Positions 39,037 through 47,892 of a stretch of DNA of 64,000 nucleotides are shown here, one piece after another. Both the position numbers and the translations under genes were made by a program. The DNA lies in contig JAPKCS010000001.1 of assembly GCA_028822845.1 (NCBI GenBank), positions 159,964 through 223,963 of the forward strand. The letters run 5' to 3'. Under the pieces are notes generated by a model. That model was not told where the DNA came from. It saw nothing but the letters and a program-made list of their open reading frames with translations, and searched no databases. The number at the start of each line of letters is the position of its first letter. Positions within the stretch are counted from its first letter, which is position 1. Origin of the DNA: Candidatus Poseidoniaceae archaeon. Lineage in GTDB: Archaea; Thermoplasmatota; Poseidoniia; Poseidoniales; Poseidoniaceae.

Positions 39037-40263
39037 TCACATGTGTGAAATCATTGCATCGCCGAAGGCGCTGCAAGAAAGCAATGTGGCGTTATCCATC
39101 AATCGCTCGAAATCATAGGTTACAGTTCGTGCAGAGATTGCGCCTTCCATGCCTTTGACAATCATGTCAGCAGCTTCAGTCCATCCCATGTGGCGAAGCA
39201 TCATTTCAGCGGAGAGGATGATCGAACCCGGGTTCACCTTGTTCATGCCTGCATACTTTGGAGCCGTACCGTGGGTTGCTTCAAAGATTGAAATTCCAGT
39301 GTCGTAGTTGATGTTTGCACCTGGTGCAATGCCAATTCCACCGACTTGAGCAGCAAGAGCATCAGAGATGTAGTCGCCGTTGAGGTTCATTGTAGCGAGA
39401 ACAGAGTACTCAGCAGGACGGGTGATGATTTGTTGCAACATAGCGTCTGCGATGACGTCCTTGATCAGAATATCTCGTCCAGTTGTTGGATTCTTGAGGG
39501 TGCACCATGGGCCACCATCGATTTCGACTGCACCAAACTCTTCCTTTGCAACAGCGTAACCCCAATCACGGAATCCACCTTCTGTGAATTTCATGATGTT
39601 ACCTTTGTGAACCAGTGTGAGGCTTTCCTTGTCATTCTCCAACGTGTGACGGATGGCAGCACGAACGATTCTTGCTGTGCCTTCTTGGGAGATTGGCTTG
39701 ATGCCGATTCCAGAGGTGTTTGGGAATCGAATCTTGTCAACGCCCATTTCATTCTGTAGGAAGTCGATGACCTTCTTGACTTCAGGCGATCCTGCTTCCC
39801 ATTCAATTCCAGCGTAAACGTCTTCGCTGTTTTCTCGGAAGATGATCATGTCCACATCACCAGGTGCTTTGACAGGTGAAGGTGTTCCCTCGAACCAGCG
39901 AACGGGTCGCACACAAGCGAACAAGTCGAGCTTCTGTCGCAGAGCGACGTTGAGTGAACGAATGCCACCGCCGACGGGTGTCGTCAATGGTCCTTTGATC
40001 GAGACCAAACCGGTCCTCATTGCATCGAGCGTAGCCTCAGGCAACCATTCGCCAGTAGCGTTGAATGCTTTTTCTCCAGCCAACACTTCTGACCAAACAA
40101 TAGCACGTTCGCCGCCGTAAGCCTTGCTTACCGACGCATCGACGACCTTGATCATCACCGGGGTGACGTCGACTCCAATTCCATCGCCTTCGATGAAATG
40201 AATTACTGGGTCATTTGGGATGTTGAGTATGCCGTTGTCCATTGTGACTGGGGTTCCTGCCAT
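39037..40263 (-). CDS. icd: Isocitrate dehydrogenase (NADP)
   Basis: [20 protein letters not shown] and [26 protein letters not shown] signatures; 408 aa. Confidence 0.92.
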   Translation of the reverse strand: MAGTPVTMDNGILNIPNDPVIHFIEGDGIGVDVTPVMIKVVDASVSKAYGGERAIVWSEVLAGEKAFNATGEWLPEATLDAMRTGLVSIKGPLTTPVGGGIRSLNVALRQKLDLFACVRPVRWFEGTPSPVKAPGDVDMIIFRENSEDVYAGIEWEAGSPEVKKVIDFLQNEMGVDKIRFPNTSGIGIKPISQEGTARIVRAAIRHTLENDKESLTLVHKGNIMKFTEGGFRDWGYAVAKEEFGAVEIDGGPWCTLKNPTTGRDILIKDVIADAMLQQIITRPAEYSVLATMNLNGDYISDALAAQVGGIGIAPGANINYDTGISIFEATHGTAPKYAGMNKVNPGSIILSAEMMLRHMGWTEAADMIVKGMEGAISARTVTYDFERLMDNATLLSCSAFGDAMISHM

Positions 40264-40321
40264 TGCAATCGATTCAACGCAGATGCATCCCCTTCAAGAA
40301 TGAACCGCCCTTAGGAGTTCT

Positions 40322-40702
40322 ATGTACGGACGCGTAGATTGGACTGGTGGCGACAACCTAGCGAGCACCAATGAACGCGGCGACCGTCTTGATTTGAACT
40401 GGGAAGAAGGTCCTACGCCAATGCAAGTTGTTCTGCAGATGATCGGTGCTTGTTCGATGGCTGATGTTGTTCTTGGTTTGAAAGAACGACCCTTCACGGA
40501 AGCTTGGGTCGAGATGGATGCCACACGCGCAGAAGAGCGCCCCAAGGTGTTCACCAACATTCACATGGTTTACCACGTTCGTGGCGATGTTCCTCTGAAA
40601 CTTCTCGAGCGCATCGTCGCCAAAAGCCATGAAAAATACTGCACTGTCTCCCAGATGTTCGTCAACGTCAAGATGACGCATGCTTGTGAAGTTCACAAGT
40701 GA
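40322..40702 (+). CDS. OsmC/Ohr-family protein
   Basis: 126-aa ORF with an OsmC-like pattern (MQVVLQMIGACSMADV...EKYCTVSQM). Confidence 0.65.
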   Translation: MYGRVDWTGGDNLASTNERGDRLDLNWEEGPTPMQVVLQMIGACSMADVVLGLKERPFTEAWVEMDATRAEERPKVFTNIHMVYHVRGDVPLKLLERIVAKSHEKYCTVSQMFVNVKMTHACEVHK

Positions 40703-40705
40703 CGC

Positions 40706-41383
40706 TCAGTTTGTCACAACTCGCAATGCTGTCAGTGAGTTCATTGCGTTAAGCAGCAGTTCCCTCAATGCATTGTACAGTGGATGCCATGCCTGCGGAA
40801 TTTGTGCTGGTGCTGCGACCGGCAAGGTTCCTTGATCGGTTGACAACACTGTGGCGAAGGGGCGAACTTCACCCGTACCGGCCATGTCGATGATCAATGA
40901 GAGGTGGTAGGCTTGCTGATCCTTGATGACTTTTGCAGTTTCGATCTTGGCGATGGCTTCAGCAGGAAGGCCACTCAACCAATCTTCACCACGTTCAATC
41001 ATTGATTGGAGTTCCTTCTTAACAAGAATTTCGAGGAGTTCCGCTACGACATCGTTGGAAAGTGGGGCCATGGGTGATGCTTGTGGAACCACTGCTTCGA
41101 GGGGGGCAACTTCGACGGGTGACTCTGTGGTTGTGCCCATCTCCAAAGAGAAGGTGGACTCACCTGCGATCAATGATTGTTCATCGTCGTCATCGTCATC
41201 CATGAAAGCAGTGAGCAGGTCTGCGTGTTGGTAGGCCTGTGGTTGTTGATTCATTGGAACGGTCTGAGCTGGAACGGGACGCACAGCGCCCAATTCAGCA
41301 AAGATATCCAACTCTTCTTCTTCGACGTGTTCTGGTGCAGATTCCCAAGGTCCCATCATAGTATCACTTCGATTTGTCATCAC
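40706..41383 (-). CDS. Hypothetical acidic protein
   Basis: 225-aa ORF. Disordered acidic N-half (GPWESAPEHVEEEELDIF, DDDDDDE). Structured-looking C-half (VVAELLEILVKKELQSMIERGEDW...). GTG/ATG starts at 41383/41380. Confidence 0.55.
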   Translation of the reverse strand: MMTNRSDTMMGPWESAPEHVEEEELDIFAELGAVRPVPAQTVPMNQQPQAYQHADLLTAFMDDDDDDEQSLIAGESTFSLEMGTTTESPVEVAPLEAVVPQASPMAPLSNDVVAELLEILVKKELQSMIERGEDWLSGLPAEAIAKIETAKVIKDQQAYHLSLIIDMAGTGEVRPFATVLSTDQGTLPVAAPAQIPQAWHPLYNALRELLLNAMNSLTALRVVTN

Positions 41384-41460
41384 CCTAGTACATCAAAGGA
41401 TGTTTTCCGAGTCTTTTTTTTTACGAAGTTATTTCCACACATACCACCGATAGATTATCA

Positions 41461-42153
41461 ATGAACAAGTGCATCTTAATGGCCCAAGTGTCAAAGGGGC
41501 GGGCCGATTCGGTTGAGATGAAGCACATGAGGTTCTCTCCAACTCGTTCGACCGTTTTGTTAGCGGCTTTGGCGTTCATGCTTCTCTGCCTTCCAAGCCT
41601 GTCCAGCGTTCCAACGGGCGTGGGGCAAATGGGAGGCGGTGGGTGCATCTGCCACGGCGGTGATTCAGAACAAGTCGCTGTCTCCATCGTTGGCCTCCCA
41701 TCTTCGTTTGAATCGAACACCAGTTACAATCTTTCAATCTCAATTGTGAGCTCAATTTCAGAAAATGACGACGGCCACCAGGGTGGTTTCCGGTTGAGCG
41801 TGCAGGGTAATGGAACGATTGCTTTTGAAAATTCGACAGCCACCCAGGAACTCGATGATGGCTGGACACACGAGATCGATGGCACCTATCAGCGAGGATG
41901 GAATTTCACTTGGACTTCTTCGAATGATTCGATTGAACCCGTCGAATTCATCGTCCATGGCAACGCCGTAAACGGAAACAACATGTCGAGTGGAGATGCT
42001 TGGAACAGCTTTGGACGAACCATTGCCCATGTTGACAACCCAATCGAGGTGGAACAACCTGTGTTTGATCGTGAAATAGGTCTTCTCGATTGGTTGGTGT
42101 TCACCCTTGGGCTCTCCACCCTAGCGTTCTGCCTTGTTCGGGCTGTTCGTTGA
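41461..42153 (+). CDS. Secreted/anchored protein with beta-sandwich-like domain and C-terminal TM helix
   Basis: Signal-like VLLAALAFMLLCLPSLSS; the likely true start is ATG 41518. GGGGCICHGG motif. C-terminal LLDWLVFTLGLSTLAFCLVRAVR anchor. Confidence 0.6.
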   Translation: MNKCILMAQVSKGRADSVEMKHMRFSPTRSTVLLAALAFMLLCLPSLSSVPTGVGQMGGGGCICHGGDSEQVAVSIVGLPSSFESNTSYNLSISIVSSISENDDGHQGGFRLSVQGNGTIAFENSTATQELDDGWTHEIDGTYQRGWNFTWTSSNDSIEPVEFIVHGNAVNGNNMSSGDAWNSFGRTIAHVDNPIEVEQPVFDREIGLLDWLVFTLGLSTLAFCLVRAVR

Positions 42154-42154
42154 C

Positions 42155-43324
42155 TCAGTTTACGAACTCGATGTGCCTGTTCTGGAGAGCTCGTAGTTGG
42201 CGGTTTTCACTCGCACCGTGGATTTGATCGCTCTTTACCCCGGTGAGCACAAGCATCACTCGAATCTCGTCGCCCAATTCTTCACGGACAGCCGCTCCCC
42301 AAATCACTTGAGCATGTGGGGATATTTGGTCGGTGATGATCTTGGCACATCTCTCTGCCTCACCAAGGGTCAGGCTTGGACCGCCGACCACGTTGATCAG
42401 GGCACCGCGCGCATCGGATGAATCAATATCAAGCAGAGGTGAATGCATTGCCTCTTCGGTTGCAGCCTCGACTCGCCCAGGACCACTTGCTTCACCCAGA
42501 CCAATCATGGCCACACCGCTGCCGTATTGGATGACGGATCGGAGATCTTCGAAATCGAGGTTGACCATGCCATCGGTCGTGAGCATTTCTGCGACACCGG
42601 TGATCGAACGGACCAACAGTTCATCGCCGACTCGAAACGCATCGCCGATTGGTAAATCCTTGACGCCTTCGATTTCGAGCAAGCGTTCGTTGGGGATCAC
42701 GAGGATGGTATCACAATGTTCACGCAATCGCTCCAGCCCCCATTCGGCATTTTGCCGTCGGAGAGCTCCTTCAGAATTGAATGGATAGGTGACCACAGCA
42801 ATGGTCATGGCCCCTTGTTGCTTTGCTAAGCGAGCGATTTGTCCAGCAGCACCGGTCCCAGAACCGCCACCCATTCCAGCAGTAATGATTGCGAGTTGGG
42901 TGTCGTTGGTGATGCGTCGAAGAGAAAGTTCCGATTCAAGAGCAGCAGCTTCTCCCTTTGTCGGGTCGCCACCTGCGCCTCTGCCACGTGCAGTTCGGCC
43001 GATCAGTATCTTTTCTTCCAAGGGTGACATCAGCAAGGCTTGAGCGTCTGTGTTGATCGCGTATCCTGTGACGTATGAATTCTTGAACAATCGTTCGTTG
43101 AACAGTCGGTTGACTGCGTTGCATCCTGCCCCGCCAACACCGTAGACACGGATCCTTGGTTGCAGTGATTCAAGCAAAGCTTGCAGTTCGACTTCAGAGT
43201 TTTCACCCATTGGTGGAGCGACGGTTTCACTTGCCGATTGTTCGGCTTCGGTTAGTTCCAAGACTCGTTCAACGAGGTGTCGCATGCTGCTTTGCTTGCT
43301 GACGTGACCTTGAATGTGCCGCAC
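42155..43324 (-). CDS. ftsZ: Cell division GTPase FtsZ
   Basis: GVGGAGCNAV and the tubulin signature GMGGGSGTGAAG. 389 aa with an N-terminal extension. Confidence 0.92.
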   Translation of the reverse strand: MRHIQGHVSKQSSMRHLVERVLELTEAEQSASETVAPPMGENSEVELQALLESLQPRIRVYGVGGAGCNAVNRLFNERLFKNSYVTGYAINTDAQALLMSPLEEKILIGRTARGRGAGGDPTKGEAAALESELSLRRITNDTQLAIITAGMGGGSGTGAAGQIARLAKQQGAMTIAVVTYPFNSEGALRRQNAEWGLERLREHCDTILVIPNERLLEIEGVKDLPIGDAFRVGDELLVRSITGVAEMLTTDGMVNLDFEDLRSVIQYGSGVAMIGLGEASGPGRVEAATEEAMHSPLLDIDSSDARGALINVVGGPSLTLGEAERCAKIITDQISPHAQVIWGAAVREELGDEIRVMLVLTGVKSDQIHGASENRQLRALQNRHIEFVN

Positions 43325-43361
43325 CTAAAAAGGGCCAAAACAGGCTTTTCTTACCGTATGA

Positions 43362-44399
43362 TCAATCTCGGAGACCCTCTTGGGTCACCTGATAGACACA
43401 TTCGCCATCAGGGAGGTTGGGGGAGTCAACCAGTCGAGCAATACGTCGTCCAGCTTTTGCTTTACGGAGATAGAGTCTGAAGGTCGAAGCGTGAGCGAGC
43501 ACGTGGCCTCCGATTGGCTTGGTTGGGTCGCCCCACATTGCATCAGGCTTGGAATGAACTTGGTTGGTGACAAGGACAAGGGCGTTGTTGATGTCAGCAA
43601 GTTGCTTCAAATCCTTGAGGTGCCGATTGAGTTTCTGTTGGCGGTTGGCAAGCATGCCTCGTCCAATGTATTCAGCACGGAAGTGGCTTGTCAACGAATC
43701 CACGATGATCATCTTGACGTTGAGGCCTTTGCTCATTCGCTTGATTTCATCGACCAGAAGCATTTGGTGGTCTGAGTTGTAGGCACGTGCCACGTGAATT
43801 CGGGCAAGCACAGCATCGGGGTCAAGACCGTGACCTCGGGCCATTTGGGTGATTCGTTCTGGTCGGAAGGTGTCTTCGGTATCGATGTAAAATACATCAC
43901 CATCGAATCCGCCTTCATCCATAGGAAGGGTGCAGTTCACGGCGAGCTGATGCCCAATCTGGGTCTTACCGCTGCCGAAAGCTCCGTACACTTCAACGAG
44001 GGCTTGGGTTTCAAATCCGCCACCCAGCAAATCGTCGATGGATTGAACCTTTGAGGTCAGTTTCAACACTTCACGTCGTCGTTCGAGCAATGCGTCACCT
44101 GAAACGAAGCCACCGATGTTGGCCATTTTCTTAGCGGCGCCGATGATCTTGGTAGCAACTGCTTCACCGAGTTCAGCTTGGTCAGCGAGGTCCCCTGCGG
44201 ACATCACAGCGAGTGCGAGGAGGTCATCAAAGCCGGCTTCTCGCAACTTTTCAGCAGTGGCTGGTCCTACGCCAGGGAGGTCTTCGATTTGGACCTCTGG
44301 GGCTTCATCTTCCGTTGGCATCACTGGCAATGGCTGGTCTTGAAGGTCTTCATTGTTTTCAATCTCTATCGTCGCTTTCTTTTTCGATTTGGTCGCCAT
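43362..44399 (-). CDS. radA: DNA repair and recombination protein RadA
   Basis: N-terminal HhH ([17 protein letters not shown]). Walker [10 protein letters not shown]. The RecA-core ...[15 protein letters not shown]... is typical of archaeal RadA. Confidence 0.92.
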   Translation of the reverse strand: MATKSKKKATIEIENNEDLQDQPLPVMPTEDEAPEVQIEDLPGVGPATAEKLREAGFDDLLALAVMSAGDLADQAELGEAVATKIIGAAKKMANIGGFVSGDALLERRREVLKLTSKVQSIDDLLGGGFETQALVEVYGAFGSGKTQIGHQLAVNCTLPMDEGGFDGDVFYIDTEDTFRPERITQMARGHGLDPDAVLARIHVARAYNSDHQMLLVDEIKRMSKGLNVKMIIVDSLTSHFRAEYIGRGMLANRQQKLNRHLKDLKQLADINNALVLVTNQVHSKPDAMWGDPTKPIGGHVLAHASTFRLYLRKAKAGRRIARLVDSPNLPDGECVYQVTQEGLRD

Positions 44400-44524
44400 T
44401 TTGGTTCACTCTCAACCCATGCTGGTCCGGCTAGGGTATATGAAAGCCCAAACGGCGGCGCGCTTCCTCTCGGCATGTTTTCAAACAAATTTCGCCATTC
44501 GAATGCGGCGCAGTAGGCGTTTTA

Positions 44525-44563
44525 TTTCACTTTTAGTTCAGATTTCGCAAGAGTGAAAGTGAA
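44525..44563. repeat. Inverted repeat TTTCACTTTT / AAGAGTGAAA plus tandem AGTGAA-AGTGAA
   Basis: 44525..44534 pairs with 44549..44558 (10 bp including one G·U). AGTGAA is directly duplicated at 44552..44557 and 44558..44563. Lies between the stop of the 44575 gene and the radA start. Confidence 0.7.
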
Positions 44564-44574
44564 TCGAAACCTGT

Positions 44575-45411
44575 TCAATTCCCCTCATCTTCAGGGACTT
44601 CTTCGTCAGTTGGGAACGGATTTGAGGTACTTTCTTCAGCAGCGTAAGCGATCGTCACCAAGTGGTCGATGTCAACCCGCTCTTGATCTTGACTGAGGCC
44701 GACGTCCAATGTCCAGGTGCCGGTTGCGGGAGCGAACTCATTGTGCTGCCAGTTTGCATTTTGGCCGTCTGCGATTTGTTCAGGTGGGGATTCGACCACT
44801 GCTTCGCCCTCACTGTTGTTGAGGTACCATGTGACCGTCACTGGGGACCCACCAAAGTTGAAACCGTTTTCGATGTTCTCAACGGTTGAGTCGATTTGAA
44901 TTTGTTCAGCAAGTTGACACACACAGTCAGGCGTCACGTCGATGTTCATGGTTCGTGGGTCGACCGTGTTTGTGTCTGCCCAAGTGATCTGCTTGTCGAT
45001 TCGAATGGTGATGTTCTCATAATATTCATTTCCTAAATCATCGGTCGCACCAATGGCGGCGGAAAACATTCCGTGGGTGAGGTAGGTGTAGGTGACTTCG
45101 CCCGTATCTGCAGCGTTGACGGTGACCGTGTTTGATCCATCACCAGCGTTGAACCAAAACGTCGACATGAGCCCTTTACTTGATTTGGTGTACGACAAAT
45201 CAAAGGCAACATCCACTCCGTCTTCGGACACCTGTTGGTTGTTTTGAATCGATTCGAGGATGGTCCCCGAAGTGACTTCATAGTACGCGATGAAGTCGAT
45301 TGGACCATCGTATGCTTCATCCTCAGCACCGTCGAGGCAGCCTGCGAACATTGCTGCTAGCAATACGGCACCAAGCAGCATTGGCCTGAGCGTTTGGGTG
45401 CGCATGTTCAC
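44575..45411 (-). CDS. Secreted lipoprotein-like protein with PKD/Ig-like domains
   Basis: Signal peptide with lipobox-like AMFAGC. Beta-rich sequence with a PKD-like FNAGDGSN motif. Acidic C-terminus. Confidence 0.65.
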   Translation of the reverse strand: MNMRTQTLRPMLLGAVLLAAMFAGCLDGAEDEAYDGPIDFIAYYEVTSGTILESIQNNQQVSEDGVDVAFDLSYTKSSKGLMSTFWFNAGDGSNTVTVNAADTGEVTYTYLTHGMFSAAIGATDDLGNEYYENITIRIDKQITWADTNTVDPRTMNIDVTPDCVCQLAEQIQIDSTVENIENGFNFGGSPVTVTWYLNNSEGEAVVESPPEQIADGQNANWQHNEFAPATGTWTLDVGLSQDQERVDIDHLVTIAYAAEESTSNPFPTDEEVPEDEGN

Positions 45412-45539
45412 GAGATGGGGTTCTCCTTCATCAAATCAACACCTGCACTAAAAATCAAGGTCTAATGCCTGAATTTTGGACCATGTTACGACGGGTCCCC
45501 ATCGGTGGTTTCAAAGCGGGGGAGGTCCGCCGTTTGGTT

Positions 45540-45617
45540 AACGAGGTGGGGTAGTCTGGATATCCCGTCGGGCTCATAACCCGGAGATCGGTGGTTCAAA
45601 TCCATCCCTCGTTACCA
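45540..45617 (+). tRNA. Initiator tRNA-Met (anticodon CAU), CCA encoded
   Basis: Cloverleaf read by hand. Acceptor AACGAGG/CCTCGTT with A1:U72. Anticodon loop CTCATAA. Three consecutive G:C pairs close the anticodon stem (GGG/CCC). T-loop GGTTCAAATCC. Discriminator A followed by CCA. Confidence 0.85.
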
Positions 45618-45627
45618 ACCAAATAGG

Positions 45628-46407
45628 TCAACCGTACTCATAGTAGTCGTGTTTTGGCGTAAGTGCATCAAGTGCACTTTGCAAATGGGCGTTTGCAGCA
45701 GCTTCACCGCGAAGGATCGCAGATGTTTCATCCTCGATCCGTTTTGCTTCAGATGCGCACAGCGAAGAATCACCTTTGCTGTGGGGGACCGCTCCAAGAA
45801 GAGCCTCAGCCACCTGTCCAGCGTCTACAGATTTGTTGCCTTGAGGTTCTAATTTGAACGATTCATTGGCATAAATCACAGGCCCAGAAGCAGCGGAACA
45901 CACCGCCAATCGAGTGATGAGTTTTGCTTCATAACCAATGAAACGGCATGCATCGAGGGCACTCGCTAGGTTTCCTGGTGCGAGCTTCTCAGCTCTTGTG
46001 TACGCTTTTCGGGCCTTGCGAGTTTTTCCAGCTGCAGCGAGTACGTTTCCAACACGGTGTTGATCTTCAGCCTCTGGCGTCATTTGACTGAGCAGATGAG
46101 GGGCTCCTGAGCGGAGGACCTTGACCAGTTTGCGGCGTTCTTTGAGAAGGATGCCAACGCTTGCGACCGCTCTGGCCCCTTTGCCACGTGCCACCAACAC
46201 ATCGCACAGCATCCTCAACCCTTTGACTAGCATACTTTGCTCATCAGCGGTTCGCTTCTTGCGAAGAAGGAGCATCTCTGTGAATTGTGAAGCCATGACT
46301 TCGGACATTTCCATTCGCCCGTCCAAGATATAACGCTCAAGTTGTAAGAGCGTTTGAGCGGGGTCGTCCATTCCAAACATGGTAGCAAAGGGCGCTACGC
46401 GTCCCAC
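45628..46407 (-). CDS. Hypothetical helical protein
   Basis: 259-aa ORF with helical, TPR-like stretches (AGKTRKARKAYTRAEKLAPGN). Alternative start ATG 46380. Confidence 0.55.
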   Translation of the reverse strand: MGRVAPFATMFGMDDPAQTLLQLERYILDGRMEMSEVMASQFTEMLLLRKKRTADEQSMLVKGLRMLCDVLVARGKGARAVASVGILLKERRKLVKVLRSGAPHLLSQMTPEAEDQHRVGNVLAAAGKTRKARKAYTRAEKLAPGNLASALDACRFIGYEAKLITRLAVCSAASGPVIYANESFKLEPQGNKSVDAGQVAEALLGAVPHSKGDSSLCASEAKRIEDETSAILRGEAAANAHLQSALDALTPKHDYYEYG

Positions 46408-46506
46408 CTATTGATGCCTTTGTTCACACGATTTAGCGTGCTTCACCAGCCCCCTGTTCTGAGGTTTGTTAGGTGGATGTATTAACCCCGAGTTCCTCGC
46501 CCAACC

Positions 46507-47046
46507 ATGGATTCACACCGCATCATCGCCATTGCAGGAACCCCCGGATGTGGGAAAACCACGCTATGCACGGCCTTACACGACGCGGGTTTTGCTGTCG
46601 AAACGGTTGTCGATTTGGCTTCGAAGCATGGTTGCTTGGGCGATGAAGATCCCAGCGATGGGGCTGCACCTGTCGATGTGCATAAATTAGCAGAACTCTG
46701 GGAAGATGAATCTGATGGACTGTTGTTCGTCGATGGCCACCTTTCCCATCTTTTGGACGTCGATGCGGTTGTTCTCTTGCGATGCCACCCAGACCATTTG
46801 CGTGCGCGGTTGCAAGAGCGTGAGTATGCCGAAGCAAAAATCACGGCCAACGTCGAATGGGAAATGCTCGGTGGGACCTGGTCTGAAATGCTTGAATTTG
46901 AACTTGATACGCCGGTGCTCGAAGTGGACACAAGCGAAGCGACAAGCGAAGCATCGACCTTACAAATTCTCGAATGGATCGAGGCAGGTTGCCCGGCCGA
47001 CGGCATTGAAACCGCAGCCACCGAAGCCATCGATTGGTTGGCCTGA
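46507..47046 (+). CDS. Fap7/AK6-like putative adenylate kinase (ribosome biogenesis NTPase)
   Basis: P-loop IAIAGTPGCGKTTL. The short 179-aa architecture and the DGHLSHLL and LRCHPDHLRARLQER segments are typical of archaeal Fap7-like kinases. Confidence 0.75.
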   Translation: MDSHRIIAIAGTPGCGKTTLCTALHDAGFAVETVVDLASKHGCLGDEDPSDGAAPVDVHKLAELWEDESDGLLFVDGHLSHLLDVDAVVLLRCHPDHLRARLQEREYAEAKITANVEWEMLGGTWSEMLEFELDTPVLEVDTSEATSEASTLQILEWIEAGCPADGIETAATEAIDWLA

Positions 47047-47094
47047 CCACCCAAAGAACAAACACCCCCCACGAGGGCACACAGTTCGATTGGT

Positions 47095-47802
47095 ATGGCA
47101 CTTGAGAAATTCCGCGACACATGGGAGAGCATCGTTAACCCGCTCATTGACTCGATTTCAACTTGGAAACCTTCCACCCTTACATGGATTGCATTACCGA
47201 TTGGTGTCCTTGGCGGACTTGCGGTTTTAATGGCTCCAAACGATACATATGGCGCCAACATGTTGTTTGGAGGAACCCTCCTCATCACCATGGCCATCAC
47301 ATTGGATGCCCTCGATGGCCCGCTAGCTCGTAGAACAGGACAGGTCACTCGTTGGGGCGATTACCTCGATCACACCTTCGATCGCTTGCTTGATGCTGTT
47401 TGGATTGTATGCTTGGCGGGTTCAGTCTTTGTGAACGACTTAACACTCGGTTTAGCGGCGGCCTGGGTCATTCTGCTCGGCTCCTACATGGGCACTCAGG
47501 CCCAAGCGGTTGCTGGCACTCGGAATTACCGCGGATTTGGGCGCGCAGACCGCACTATTTTGACAATCATTTCAATTGCCTTGATGGGCGTGTTCATTCA
47601 CCTTGATATCGGCAGCTTCGGTACATTCCCTGGCGTGCTTGATCACATTGAAATCAACCCGATCAGTTTGGTTGTTTTGATTTCGGCTTTCGGCGGTCTG
47701 TGGACCTTTTTGATTCGTTTCGTCCAAGCCAACCATGAGATCTCTCAAATTGACCGGGACGACCCCCTGCCTCAACCAAATCAACACGAAGAATCAGAGT
47801 GA
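47095..47802 (+). CDS. CDP-alcohol phosphatidyltransferase (archaeal polar-lipid synthase)
   Basis: Signature D-G-x2-A-R-x8-G-x3-D-x3-D seen as DALDGPLARRTGQVTRWGDYLDHTFDRLLD. Multi-TM, 235 aa. Confidence 0.85.
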   Translation: MALEKFRDTWESIVNPLIDSISTWKPSTLTWIALPIGVLGGLAVLMAPNDTYGANMLFGGTLLITMAITLDALDGPLARRTGQVTRWGDYLDHTFDRLLDAVWIVCLAGSVFVNDLTLGLAAAWVILLGSYMGTQAQAVAGTRNYRGFGRADRTILTIISIALMGVFIHLDIGSFGTFPGVLDHIEINPISLVVLISAFGGLWTFLIRFVQANHEISQIDRDDPLPQPNQHEESE

Positions 47803-47892
47803 TTCCGGCCCCCCTACGGGATGCACTGAACCGCACATTTGTCAACAAATGAGGCGGCATACTCATAACCGTAGGATGCCACAAGAACATTG

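Noticed and set aside
46482-47348. 288-aa minus-strand ORF overlapping the Fap7-like kinase and CDP-alcohol phosphatidyltransferase genes
   Set aside because: It has no motifs and a Ser/Ala/Arg-rich composition. It lies entirely antisense to two genes with diagnostic motifs (the P-loop and the DG-x2-AR...D-x3-D signature).
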